Assembly (NCBI GenBank): GCA_963666485.2
Contig: CAXXUO010000004.1
Span: 128,001-192,000, forward strand
Direction: 5' to 3'
DNA: 64,000 bases
From: Syntrophorhabdaceae bacterium
GTDB lineage: Bacteria; Desulfobacterota; Syntrophorhabdia; Syntrophorhabdales; Syntrophorhabdaceae
The position numbers and the translations under genes were made by a program. Positions 38,380 through 48,370 of this stretch are shown in pieces. Under the pieces are notes generated by a model. That model saw nothing but the letters and a program-made list of their open reading frames with translations. It made no database searches and was not told the origin of the DNA. Each line of letters starts with the position of its first letter. Positions within the stretch are counted from its first letter, which is position 1.

Positions 38380-38997
38380 ATGCTTAGGAGACTTATCGCC
38401 TCGGCCCTTTTTATCGCGCTTCTTTTGCCCGCCATTCCCCTTTTTGCCAGAGACACGGTCGTGCGCAAGATCATCGATGGAAATACGGTCCAGCTCGAAA
38501 CGGGAGAGATAGTGAAGTACATCGGGGTGGCGGCGCCCGAGATGAACAAGAAGGAAGGGCCCGAGTTTTACGCAAGGCAAGCGGTGAACTACAATAAGAA
38601 ACTCGTTTTTATGAAGAAGGTCAGACTCGAGTTTGATGCGAAGAGGAAGGACGAGAAAGGCAACATGCTCGCTTATGTCTTCGTCAAAAAGACGCTGGTA
38701 AATGCGGAACTCATACGGAACGGCTGCGCACGGGCGGAAGTTCAGCCTCCTAACCTGAGGTATAAAGACGCCCTCCTCGATGCGCAGAAGAAGGCGATGT
38801 CCGAGGATAAAGGCATCTGGGCCGAGAAAAAGAGAGACACGGAAAAATACTATGTCGGCAACAAACGGGCCTCCATGTTTCACAGGCCGTCATGCAAATT
38901 GGTCGAGAAGATACCCGACAAGGGCAGGATCGTCTTCCATAGCAGGAGCGACGCAATAAAGATAGGTTACGTACCATGCAAGATATGCAAGCCATAG
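38380..38997 (+). CDS. Exported thermonuclease (SNase) with a C-terminal Ada-like Zn-binding domain
   Basis: KIIDGNT, YIGVAAPE, LAYVFV..VNAELIRNG and FHRPSC...GYVPCKICKP; canonical DGDT and one catalytic Arg appear altered. Confidence 0.8.
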   Translation: MLRRLIASALFIALLLPAIPLFARDTVVRKIIDGNTVQLETGEIVKYIGVAAPEMNKKEGPEFYARQAVNYNKKLVFMKKVRLEFDAKRKDEKGNMLAYVFVKKTLVNAELIRNGCARAEVQPPNLRYKDALLDAQKKAMSEDKGIWAEKKRDTEKYYVGNKRASMFHRPSCKLVEKIPDKGRIVFHSRSDAIKIGYVPCKICKP

Positions 38998-40481
38998 CCG
39001 AAGAATATCTCCGCTACTGGGGCCTTGAGCACCACCCTTTCCTCCTGGCCCCCGACGGTCACATGATGTGCGTTACGGGCCAGTACTTCGAGTGTTACGA
39101 GCGCCTGAAATATGCGATCATGACAAACAAGGGCGGTGTCCTTATCGCATCCGAAGAGGCGGGGCTCGGCAAGACAACTATACTGCTCAAGCTGATCGAA
39201 GACATGACCGAGGAGCACGGCAAGAATTTCCGGTACGCCTATATCGATCATCCCACTGTTAGCGCCGACGAGATGATCGGGCAGATAACGGAAATGATAA
39301 GCGGTATACCCGCTTCGGAAAATAAGATCCAAAACCTGGCGACCCTCAAAAATGCCCTTATCGCCGGTAAAATGGAAGGAAGCCGGAACATTATCGTCGT
39401 CGACGAAGGGCAAATGCTCTGCGACGCCCGCCCTGTGCTGCAGGAATTGCGGGCACTCATAAATCTGACCCATCACGGCCAGTACCTTCACACGTTTATC
39501 CTGTCCGGACAAAAGGCGCTCTGGGACACCCTGCAGGAAATGCCCGAGTTCTGGCAGAGGCTGCCTGTCCGCTATTATCTCACACCGCTGCGCTTTGAAG
39601 AGACGCGCGAAGTGATCCGATATCGTCTCAACAAGGCCGGCCTCGACGTAGCTCGCGAGCTATTCACCGATGAGGCCATCGAGATCATCCATAAATATGC
39701 GCAGGGCCTGCCGCGGACTATTATAGCTGTTTCCGATCTCGCTCTCCTCACCGGTTATAACGACAAAACACGAAAGGTGGGCTTCAAAGAGGTCACAAAG
39801 GCGATCAATTCGATGAGCGGCAGGGGCGAGACCATGCCGTATGTTATATCGGACAAGAATGGCAATGGCGGGGAATCTGCTTCACGGGTGGCCGAAGCGT
39901 TTTCCACCCGGAATGGCTTATCACCTGTTGAAAACACATCCCGGCCCCCCGGCAGGGGTTTTTTCGATTCGGTGCAGGCTCTACGGCCAGTCATTATTGT
40001 ACTTCTTATAATCACTTTCATCTTCATAGGTGCATTGGGTTACCGCTTGTTCTCGTCCGCGATCACCCCTCCGCCGCCAAACACTGTTATAATCAAGGAA
40101 GTGGAAAAACCGGAAGCGCCCAAAAAACCCGCCCCCGCCACTCCCCCCGTACAAAATGCGGAAGAACCCGCCAAGACAGAGCCGGCGGGCCAACTGTCAT
40201 TTGAACCCGGTTCTCAGAAAGACATCATAGAGTCCTTCAGGGAAGAGACCAAAAAAAGGCGTGAAGCAAGCCGATACGCGGTTATCACAGTGGAGTCCGC
40301 AAACGTTCGCAGTGCCCCCGACATTGGATCCTCACGGATCCTGACGATAGTCCGGGGTGAGAGGCTTGCCATTATCGGGGAGAAGGAAGACAGTGACGGA
40401 ATGAAATGGTACAAGGTAAACCTGTACGGCAGCCGGACCGGGTGGATCGCATCGATAGTGGCGGAAGCGAAGAACAGATAA
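38976..40481 (+). CDS. ExeA/GspA-like AAA+ ATPase with TM helix and C-terminal bacterial SH3 domain
   Basis: YWGLEHHPF, AGLGKT, VVDEGQ, ILSGQ and GLPRTI; ANVRSAP...WYKV...GWIAS. Confidence 0.82.
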   Translation: MQDMQAIAEEYLRYWGLEHHPFLLAPDGHMMCVTGQYFECYERLKYAIMTNKGGVLIASEEAGLGKTTILLKLIEDMTEEHGKNFRYAYIDHPTVSADEMIGQITEMISGIPASENKIQNLATLKNALIAGKMEGSRNIIVVDEGQMLCDARPVLQELRALINLTHHGQYLHTFILSGQKALWDTLQEMPEFWQRLPVRYYLTPLRFEETREVIRYRLNKAGLDVARELFTDEAIEIIHKYAQGLPRTIIAVSDLALLTGYNDKTRKVGFKEVTKAINSMSGRGETMPYVISDKNGNGGESASRVAEAFSTRNGLSPVENTSRPPGRGFFDSVQALRPVIIVLLIITFIFIGALGYRLFSSAITPPPPNTVIIKEVEKPEAPKKPAPATPPVQNAEEPAKTEPAGQLSFEPGSQKDIIESFREETKKRREASRYAVITVESANVRSAPDIGSSRILTIVRGERLAIIGEKEDSDGMKWYKVNLYGSRTGWIASIVAEAKNR

Positions 40482-40484
40482 ACG

Positions 40485-40598
40485 GTTCAAAGTTCAAGGT
40501 TCAAAGTTCAAGCAAAAAATCCCCCATCAAAAAATTATGTCTCTTTGAGGCTTACGTAAGTTTTTTTAACTTTGAACTTTGAACTTTGAACCTTGAAC
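40485..40598. repeat. Inverted pair of heptamer arrays (GTTCAA(A/G) x4 / (T/C)TTGAAC x4) filling a convergent intergenic gap
   Basis: 40485-40512 and 40571-40598. Confidence 0.88.
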
Positions 40599-40604
40599 GG
40601 TCTT

Positions 40605-42494
40605 TCAGCCTCTAAGTACTCGCTTATCACCCTTACGGATCGTCAGTTTTATCTGATCGAGATATTCGAGCAGCGGAATAAGGAACTTACGGGACAGGTT
40701 CAGTTCTGATTTAAACTCGGACGGTCCCATTTCCTGGTGCTGCTTGAGGTAATCTATCGCCTTGCGCTTGACCTCTTCGATCATGTCCGGATGAAAGTAC
40801 ATGTCCTGGGCAACCTTGATCACGCCGCCACGGAAGGCAAGGCGGTCAAGAAGTTCCCGCGCATTTTTTTCGTTGATGCCGATGCCGGCTGCAAGGTCTT
40901 TCGGGCCCGGCGGTGTAAACGCAGACGAACGGAGCGCCTCTACGATCTTTCGTTCCGTCTCATTGTTCTGGTTTGCCCTGGCGTGCGCCCCTGACGTCAC
41001 GCGGTCCTTCTCGAGGACAATACGACCGTCTGCAGCACATTCATCAAGCGCTGCCTGAAATATCTGGACATCGGTGGCCGGGAGCCGCATCCGCAGTTCT
41101 TCTTTCGATATACCAACCTTTAAGGGGTTCGCCTTGTGGTATTCATTGACCAAAGAAGTGATCCGCTCTATATAATCCTTCCAAAAATCATTATGGATAT
41201 AAGACTTGCCGATAAGCTTCACGCTGGAATTCTTTATCAGGACCTCGCCCGTCCTTTCGGTGAACGCGAGGTCTTTCCCGATCAGGATCGAAAGCGTCTC
41301 CTGTTTTATTCCCCGGTACGAGCCCTTCTTTATATGATAGGCCATTTTATCGACGTCTGAGCCCCTATTGAGGACCTTATACACGTTCGCGAGGGTGTCG
41401 CTCTTCCTCTTGTGGCGGGCAGGCATGATGTCGAGGACATTACCCCCTCCCACGGTCTGTATCGCGTAGGAACCGCGCAGGATGAAGCGATCTCCCGGAA
41501 GGACAACGATCGGCTTCTTGAATACGAATTGCACAAATTGCTCCTGACCCGGTTCTATCTGGTCGGACCCGAGGAGCACCAGCCTTGCCTCCTCCTGCGT
41601 CGTCGCGATATGAAAACGCAGGATGCTGTCGTGCCGTATCGGTTTTATCGGGAGCTTCAAAAGTTTCAGCGAAGCGTCAATCCGTGACGTGAGCAGAAGC
41701 GTGTCGGGCCGCGCGATCATGCTGCCGCGCTCGACCTCCTGCCTGTCGAGGCCCTGCAGATTGAGGGCGATACGCTGGCCTGCCATAGCCTCTTTTACAT
41801 CGTCATGATATGCCTGGATGCTGCGGACCCGTGCCCGCCTGGCGAAAGGGAAAAGCTCAACGTCTTCACCGATCTTGAGCGAGCCCGATATGCATGTGCC
41901 CGTTACAATGGTGCCGAGACCTTTCAGCGTGAAAACCCTGTCAACCGGCAGGCGGAATATGCCCTCGCGGGACCTCTCCTCTATCGTGTCCGCGATGGTG
42001 CGCAGCATATCTTTCAGAATATCGAGATTCTCACCCGTCGCCGCGGAAACAGCCACGACAGGGGCTCCTTCCAGTGCCCGGCCCTTGAGGAAATCCTTGA
42101 TATCCTCCTCGACAAGCTCGACCATATCGTCATCGACGAGGTCCTTCTTCGTGATGACGACGATGCCCTTCGTAAGCCCCAGCATTTCGCATATGTCGAG
42201 ATGTTCCCGTGTCTGCGGCATCACACCCTCATCCGCGGCCACAACGAGAAGGACGGTGTCGATGCCCCACGCACCCGCCACCATGTGGCGCACGAACTTC
42301 TCATGGCCCGGCACGTCTACGATACCGACAAGGAGATCGTCGTCGAGGTGCCAGTGGGCGAACCCCAATTCCGTAGTGATCCCCCTCTCCTTCTCTTCCT
42401 TCAGCCGGTCGCAGTCTATTCCCGTCAAGGCCTTGATCAGGGTCGTCTTCCCGTGGTCAATATGCCCGGCAGTGCCGATAACTATGCGTTTCAT
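40605..42494 (-). CDS. selB: Selenocysteine-specific elongation factor SelB
   Basis: GTAGHIDHGKT, EEKERGITTELGF, DVPGHEKFV, MPQTREH and C-terminal SRKFLIPLLEYLD winged helix. Confidence 0.95.
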   Translation of the reverse strand: MKRIVIGTAGHIDHGKTTLIKALTGIDCDRLKEEKERGITTELGFAHWHLDDDLLVGIVDVPGHEKFVRHMVAGAWGIDTVLLVVAADEGVMPQTREHLDICEMLGLTKGIVVITKKDLVDDDMVELVEEDIKDFLKGRALEGAPVVAVSAATGENLDILKDMLRTIADTIEERSREGIFRLPVDRVFTLKGLGTIVTGTCISGSLKIGEDVELFPFARRARVRSIQAYHDDVKEAMAGQRIALNLQGLDRQEVERGSMIARPDTLLLTSRIDASLKLLKLPIKPIRHDSILRFHIATTQEEARLVLLGSDQIEPGQEQFVQFVFKKPIVVLPGDRFILRGSYAIQTVGGGNVLDIMPARHKRKSDTLANVYKVLNRGSDVDKMAYHIKKGSYRGIKQETLSILIGKDLAFTERTGEVLIKNSSVKLIGKSYIHNDFWKDYIERITSLVNEYHKANPLKVGISKEELRMRLPATDVQIFQAALDECAADGRIVLEKDRVTSGAHARANQNNETERKIVEALRSSAFTPPGPKDLAAGIGINEKNARELLDRLAFRGGVIKVAQDMYFHPDMIEEVKRKAIDYLKQHQEMGPSEFKSELNLSRKFLIPLLEYLDQIKLTIRKGDKRVLRG

Positions 42495-42516
42495 GGGTGG
42501 GTAAAATATAACATAA

Positions 42517-42772
42517 AAGACGGGCAATAGGCGATAGGCAATAGGCTATGGGAAAAACAGAGATCTTTTCCATCATTTTGGTTGTTCCCTATCGCCTATC
42601 GCCCATTGCCCATCGCCCGTCAATAGCCTATGGGAAAAACAGGGATCTTTTCCGTCATTTTGGTTGTTCCCTATCGCCTATCGCCCGTCAATAGCCTATG
42701 GGAAAAACAGGAATCTTTTCCATCATTTTGGTTGTTCCCTATCGCCTATCGCCTATCGCCCATCGCCCGTCT
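42517..42772. repeat. Heptamer inverted-repeat element (GGCRATA / TATCGCC family) triplicated in tandem; units of 82, 68 and 82 bp
   Basis: Units start at 42539, 42621 and 42689 and share ctatgggaaaaacagrratcttttccrtcattttggttgttccctatcgcc. Confidence 0.88.
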
Positions 42773-42811
42773 TCTCTTGACTTCCCCCCTCCGCATATGA
42801 TTTATAAATGC

Positions 42812-43567
42812 ATGGAAAAGATCAAGACTATATACAGCCCCGTATTCCTTACGGATTATCCCACTGTCGATTGCGAGAACCCCGGCAGGGTCGAATTCAT
42901 CCATGCCAAGATAAAAGACATCGTAGATCTTATCGAACCGGAACCATGCACCCTGTCCGATCTCGCCCTGTGCCACAGCGACGCCCTGATCAAGACCGTC
43001 CAGCGGACGAAGGAAGTTTTCGACACCGCGGTCCTTGCCGCCGGCGGAGCGATGATGGCTGCGGAGATCGCACTGAGGGAGCCGTCTTTTGCTCTTATCA
43101 GGCCGCCCGGACATCACGCCGGACATAATTTCAATGGCGGGTTCTGCTTTTTCAACAACATGGCGATCGCCGTCAAGAACCTCCTGGCACATGATACGAT
43201 AGAAAGTGCACTGATAGTGGATATCGATCTCCATTACGGGAATGGTACGGAGGATATCGTAAAGTCCGATCCCCGGATCGCATTCCGGAACATAGACGCC
43301 CGTTCAAGAGAGTCTTTTTTTCAGGACCTCGAGGAAGCCCTCACGGATGCATCGAAGTTTGACATACTGGGATGCTCGGTGGGCTTTGACACGTACATCA
43401 GGGACTGGGGCGGCCTCCTGTTCGGAGAGGATTACCACAAGGTCGGCTCTATGCTCGTTACCGCCAATCGGCGCCTGTTCTGCCTCCTCGAGGGCGGCTA
43501 TTATGTAGCAGACCTCGGGATCAATGCCCAGTTTCTCCTCCAGGGCATCCTGAAGGCTTGTTCGTAG
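42812..43567 (+). CDS. Histone deacetylase-family protein
   Basis: RPPGHHAG, GGFCFFNNMA, DIDLHYGNGT, SVGFD and LEGGY; the track's earlier start lies in the repeat. Confidence 0.85.
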   Translation: MEKIKTIYSPVFLTDYPTVDCENPGRVEFIHAKIKDIVDLIEPEPCTLSDLALCHSDALIKTVQRTKEVFDTAVLAAGGAMMAAEIALREPSFALIRPPGHHAGHNFNGGFCFFNNMAIAVKNLLAHDTIESALIVDIDLHYGNGTEDIVKSDPRIAFRNIDARSRESFFQDLEEALTDASKFDILGCSVGFDTYIRDWGGLLFGEDYHKVGSMLVTANRRLFCLLEGGYYVADLGINAQFLLQGILKACS

Positions 43568-45813
43568 CGTCGATCAGTGCTTTCATAGCAGGCATATATC
43601 TCGGGACCTTCGAATATCACATAATCACCTGGGCAGGAGCTCTTCTCCTCGCTATAATAGTACTCGTGCCTTTTCTCCTCAGGCACGGTCTTCTGCGCAT
43701 ATCGGCTGTTGCTCTCGTTGCCGCCTTCTTCCTGACGGGGATAGTGCGGGTATCGCTGACAAGCACAGACGAAAAACCGCTTGTGTACACGGATGCGGCC
43801 GTATTCAGCGGTACGGTGGTTGAATCCTCACAGACCACAAAGACGATCACCATAACCTCCCCGGAAGAGATGCGAGGGGCAAAAGCTTTGATCCGTTCGG
43901 ATGAAAGCGCAGGGATCGGGGACACCATCGTTGCATACGGGACACCAAAGGAACTTGCGCTCAATTTCAAGAACCCCGGCCGGATATCCTGGACATGGAT
44001 AAAGAAGCAGGAGGGGATACTGTACGAGATCCGGGGACGCATCATCTCGGTTCGTGCGGACCCCGGCATCATCGAGCGGATACGGCGCTATTGTGCTGAC
44101 AGGATAGATGCGAGCGGAGCGGCACATCGGGACGTAATAAAGGCCCTGACGATCGGCGATACGGCAGACCTCGATGGCGCAACAAAAGACCTCTTCCTCA
44201 GGACGGGCACGACCCACATCCTCTCCATATCAGGGTCGCATCTCGCGGTCGTCACCGGCCTTGTCTTTTTTCTGGCCACCCGCCTTATGTGCATCAATCC
44301 CCGTCTGCGGCTCAAAGGATCGGACAAAAAGTATGCCGCCTTTGTTGCGATCCCTTTCGCGGTCGGTTTCATGCTGATAAGCGGGTCCAGCCTTCCCGCC
44401 ATCCGGGCCACCATTATGGTTGTCATCTATATGTTCGCCATCATCTTCGACCGCAACCGGCATATCGAGAATGGCCTTTTTTTGAGTGCCCTCGTCATTT
44501 TGACCATCTATCCGCTCTCCCTGTTCTCACCGTCATTTCAATTGACGTTTCTGAGCGTGCTCTTCATAATCCTGGTAAATAAAGCCTTTGGACATAGGCT
44601 TTCAAGGATGCCCCGGCCCTTGCGCTGGGTCATATCCATGATTCTCGTAACAATAGCGGCCACGGCCGGAACGCTCCCCGTTGTGCTCTATCACTTCTAT
44701 GGATTTAACCCTTTAAGCATGGTCCACAACCTTATAGCGGTGCCCCTAATGTGCACCGTGGCGACGCCTCTTTCCCTCGCGGGCATCATAGCACCGTTTG
44801 GCGAGCATCTTTTACGGCTCTCCGGGAATATTATCGAATACACCATCCTGGTGCTCGACAGGCTTAACTGGGGATATATTTACCCCGTCATACGGCCGAG
44901 CCCTCTGGAGGCGATCATTTACCTTACCTTCGCAATCTCGCTCGTCTACATCAGGACAAAACCGGTCAGATCTATCTTCATCACACTGGTTCTGCCGATC
45001 TCTCTTCTCACTGCGGGGCTCGCCTGCCACGAGCGGCTTGGAAATAAGGACCTGTGCCTGGACTATATCGACGTCGGGCTCGGCGATGCCATACTTGTAC
45101 AGGCACCCCGCGGTGCCCGGCTTCTCATAGACGGCGGCGGGTTTTACGGAGATAATTTCGATATCGGCAAATCAGTTATAGGTCCATTCCTTCTCGCGAA
45201 AAAAATATCGACCCTGGATTACGTTATCAACACGCACCCGCACCAGGACCATTTTGCCGGTCTTCAGCACATCCTGCAGCACTTTGGCGTCCGAAATTTC
45301 GCTGCGGGAACGGAAGGCCCGGAACCCCGCAGTATCAGGAAGATCACTTCCGCCGCAAAAATACCGTTCACGCACATGCGCACGGGAGATGTCATCCGGA
45401 TCGGGAGCGACCTGTCCATCCAGGCCCTCTATTCTTTCCCGGTCCCGGGGAACACTAATGACTCTTCCCTTGTCCTCAAGCTCACGTATGGCAGCATCGC
45501 CTTCCTGCTGACCGGGGATATCGGGGAAGACGTCGAGAGGTCGCTTATACTGCGCAAGGGCGACATCAGGGCGAATGTCCTCAAGATCCCCCATCATGGA
45601 AGCCGCCATTCAAGCACCGTGGCATTCATACGGGCCGTGAGACCCGATATAGCCGTGCTCAGCGCCGGGCCCGGCATACGGGGCATCCCCTCCAATGAGG
45701 CAATCGCGCGCTACAGGGCTTTCAATATCCCTCTTTACAGGACAGACAGGGACGGATGCGTCCGCGTGTGCACCGACGGCAAAAACCTGACCGTTCAAAC
45801 AGAACAGCGGTAA
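43558..45813 (+). CDS. comEC: DNA internalisation competence protein ComEC/Rec2
   Basis: HILSISGSH, SFQLTF, DVGLGDA, THPHQDH, NDSSLV, LLTGD, PHHGS and YRTDRDG. Confidence 0.92.
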   Translation: MFVASISAFIAGIYLGTFEYHIITWAGALLLAIIVLVPFLLRHGLLRISAVALVAAFFLTGIVRVSLTSTDEKPLVYTDAAVFSGTVVESSQTTKTITITSPEEMRGAKALIRSDESAGIGDTIVAYGTPKELALNFKNPGRISWTWIKKQEGILYEIRGRIISVRADPGIIERIRRYCADRIDASGAAHRDVIKALTIGDTADLDGATKDLFLRTGTTHILSISGSHLAVVTGLVFFLATRLMCINPRLRLKGSDKKYAAFVAIPFAVGFMLISGSSLPAIRATIMVVIYMFAIIFDRNRHIENGLFLSALVILTIYPLSLFSPSFQLTFLSVLFIILVNKAFGHRLSRMPRPLRWVISMILVTIAATAGTLPVVLYHFYGFNPLSMVHNLIAVPLMCTVATPLSLAGIIAPFGEHLLRLSGNIIEYTILVLDRLNWGYIYPVIRPSPLEAIIYLTFAISLVYIRTKPVRSIFITLVLPISLLTAGLACHERLGNKDLCLDYIDVGLGDAILVQAPRGARLLIDGGGFYGDNFDIGKSVIGPFLLAKKISTLDYVINTHPHQDHFAGLQHILQHFGVRNFAAGTEGPEPRSIRKITSAAKIPFTHMRTGDVIRIGSDLSIQALYSFPVPGNTNDSSLVLKLTYGSIAFLLTGDIGEDVERSLILRKGDIRANVLKIPHHGSRHSSTVAFIRAVRPDIAVLSAGPGIRGIPSNEAIARYRAFNIPLYRTDRDGCVRVCTDGKNLTVQTEQR

Positions 45814-45827
45814 ATGTGGTCTGCCGT

Positions 45828-47360
45828 CTAGCCGTCGATTATTTTGTGCAGCTTTCTTTCGAGCTCGCCCGCGTCGTAGGGCTTTGTGAGGACTTCCGCG
45901 AAACCGTATTCCTTGTAGTTTTGTATGATCGGGTCGGTGAGGTATCCGCTCGATATGATCGCCTTGACGTCGGGATCGGCCCGAAGAAGTTCACGCATCA
46001 CTTCCTTGCCTCCCATGCCGCCCGGAACCGCAAGATCGAGGATGACCGCGTCAAAAGGTTCGTTCAATTTTACTGCCTGGTTGAACAGGGTTACCGCCTC
46101 CTCGCCGCTTTGGGCGGTGATCGCCGTGTAGCCGAGATAATTCAGGAGCTCCTGCGCGATCTCGAGGATCAGGGCCTCATCGTCGAGAAGCAGTATTCTG
46201 CCCGTCTTTTTCGATGGACGGTCCTCCGCCGTTCTATCCGCCGAAACATCGCTCCCGTACGCGGGAAGGTCGATATGAAAGGCTGTTCCGTGTCCCCGTG
46301 TGGATTCGAGGGTTATGTTCCCGCCATGCTTTTTGATGATCGCATAGGAAATGGCGAGCCCGAGGCCAACGCCCTTTTCGGCACCCATCACCTTGGTTGT
46401 ATAATAAGGGTCAAACACCCGGGGAATGTCCTCCGGCAGAATCCCCACCCCCTCATCGATGATGGATATCCTGACATAATTCTCCTGGATAAGGGGAAGC
46501 CTGTCGTCCGGTGCGAGCCTGATATTGCTGACTTTCACAGTTATCTTCCCGCCGGCCGGCATTGCATCCCTCGAGTTTCTCAATATATTTTCAAAAACCT
46601 GCCTCAATTGCTCCCGGTCGGCCTCGATAGAATGAACGCCGGGCGGAATGTCAAAAACGCACGTTATCGCGGTGCCCCGCAGTATATCTTTTGCCACGGA
46701 CGCCACGATCGATTCGAGTTCGATTATACGCCTGACCGGATTTCCGCCCCGCGAAAAGGTCAGCAATTGCTGCGTCAGGTTCTTTCCCAAAAATGTAATG
46801 CGCTCGGCCTCGTCGATATATTCGGCCGCATTGATATTCTTCGAGACGTTGAGCTTGGCAAGCGAGAGATTCCCGACGATCGCCATCAAAAGGTTATTGA
46901 AATCATGGGCGATGCCCCCGGCGAGCGTTGCGAGCGACTCAAGGTTCCGCGATCTTGAGACCTCGGCTTCCATATTCTTCTGCTCACTGATATCCATCAG
47001 CAGGCCGACAATACCTGCTATTTTCCCGTCGGGACCTGTGATGGTCGCTTTTTTCACTAACTGGTGGCATATCGACCCGTCATTTTTTACCCATTGCAGT
47101 TCATACATCTTGGAGCCGGGTTCTTTAAGGAGTTCCAGGTCTGCTTTCCGATGCACCTCGGCATTCTCGGGGCGCATCGGCAGGGCCGAGACATCCTTAC
47201 CGATGAATTGGTCACTAATGCCAAAATATTCCCTGAATGCTTTATTGATGATGATATAGACACCCCGGGTGTCCTTGTAATAAACCGGACTGGGGATGTT
47301 ATCGATAAGCGCCTGAAACAGGTCAGGCGTGGCCGAAATGAGCTCTATGAATTTTTCCAG
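45828..47360 (-). CDS. PAS-domain hybrid sensor histidine kinase/receiver; start uncertain and probably non-canonical
   Basis: AGGIAHDFNNLL, FDPYYTTK, GLGLA and receiver LLLDDE/ILDL/KPY; frame open upstream of ATG 47177 through PAS-like LIDNIPSPVYYKDTRGVY to a stop at 47391-47393. Confidence 0.85.
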   Translation of the reverse strand: MEKFIELISATPDLFQALIDNIPSPVYYKDTRGVYIIINKAFREYFGISDQFIGKDVSALPMRPENAEVHRKADLELLKEPGSKMYELQWVKNDGSICHQLVKKATITGPDGKIAGIVGLLMDISEQKNMEAEVSRSRNLESLATLAGGIAHDFNNLLMAIVGNLSLAKLNVSKNINAAEYIDEAERITFLGKNLTQQLLTFSRGGNPVRRIIELESIVASVAKDILRGTAITCVFDIPPGVHSIEADREQLRQVFENILRNSRDAMPAGGKITVKVSNIRLAPDDRLPLIQENYVRISIIDEGVGILPEDIPRVFDPYYTTKVMGAEKGVGLGLAISYAIIKKHGGNITLESTRGHGTAFHIDLPAYGSDVSADRTAEDRPSKKTGRILLLDDEALILEIAQELLNYLGYTAITAQSGEEAVTLFNQAVKLNEPFDAVILDLAVPGGMGGKEVMRELLRADPDVKAIISSGYLTDPIIQNYKEYGFAEVLTKPYDAGELERKLHKIIDG

Positions 47361-47433
47361 ATCTATTCTCTCTTGTCTTGCACTGCAGTTTTATCATTAA
47401 ACGAAAATGACCGTCCACAAAAATCTGACCCGG

Positions 47434-48333
47434 TCAGCATCTTTCGTAAAGCAGACCATACCGGACGCCCGCCGCGCTGACAATGCAGGATTCGAAACCG
47501 CCGTGCAGCATGACTTCCTTCAGTATCATCGCTCCCTGCACTATAATATCTTCCCTGCCGGCTTCCATACCCGGTACATCCCTTCGGGCCGAGCTTTTCA
47601 GCGGCCGGAGCGAAGCAATAAGGCCCTCGAGGTCTTTCATGCGGATAGCATACCCGTGTATCCTGGACTTATCATATTCATTGAGGCCCAGTATCAGCGC
47701 GGCAATATTTGTCACTGTCCCTGCCGTGCCGATGAGCGGCCCATTCTTGTTCATGCGCAGGTTTGTGAGATTTTCCCGGATGAACGAGGATACATTGTGC
47801 AATTCATCGGCGCGAGGCGGATCGTGCGAAACATACGCGTCTGTCAGCACCACGCTGCCTATCGGTAAAGAGACATACCCGGCGAAACGGTTCTCAGCCC
47901 CGTCGATTATCTCCGTACTGCCTCCCCCGATATCGACTATCGTCATATCGGAGCACTGCAAAACCTCATCATTGCTGACAGACAGGTACGTGTAATACGC
48001 CTCGTCACGCCCGCTTATTATCTCGATATCCAGACCGAACATGTCTTTGACCCGGGCTACAAATTCATTTCCGTTCTTCGCTTTTCTCAGCGCTTCGGTG
48101 CCGACGCATATAATTTTATCGACCGTGTTGGATTCGATAATGCCGAGATAATTTCGCAATCCCTCGATGGTCCGGGAGATTGCCTCTTTCTTGAGGCTGC
48201 CTGACCGGACCAGGTCTTCCCCGAGCCTTACTATGTTCGAGACATCAGCTATGTCGGTAAGCGCCTCCCCGTTCTTCTCGGCGATCAGGAGGAGGACCGT
48301 GTTCGTTCCGATATCTATGGCCGCACATTTCAT
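47434..48333 (-). CDS. ppx: Ppx/GppA family phosphatase
   Basis: IDIGTNT, GTEALRKAKN, ISGRDEA, DIGGGSTE and GVRYG. Confidence 0.88.
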   Translation of the reverse strand: MKCAAIDIGTNTVLLLIAEKNGEALTDIADVSNIVRLGEDLVRSGSLKKEAISRTIEGLRNYLGIIESNTVDKIICVGTEALRKAKNGNEFVARVKDMFGLDIEIISGRDEAYYTYLSVSNDEVLQCSDMTIVDIGGGSTEIIDGAENRFAGYVSLPIGSVVLTDAYVSHDPPRADELHNVSSFIRENLTNLRMNKNGPLIGTAGTVTNIAALILGLNEYDKSRIHGYAIRMKDLEGLIASLRPLKSSARRDVPGMEAGREDIIVQGAMILKEVMLHGGFESCIVSAAGVRYGLLYERC

Positions 48334-48370
48334 TTGACATCCCTGCTATATAATCACTAAATTACCTGAC

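Noticed and set aside
42539..42770. Triplicated unit as CRISPR, or as the N terminus of the deacetylase (track start 42698)
   Set aside because: The units are contiguous with no unique spacers; the extra N-terminal residues are translated repeat
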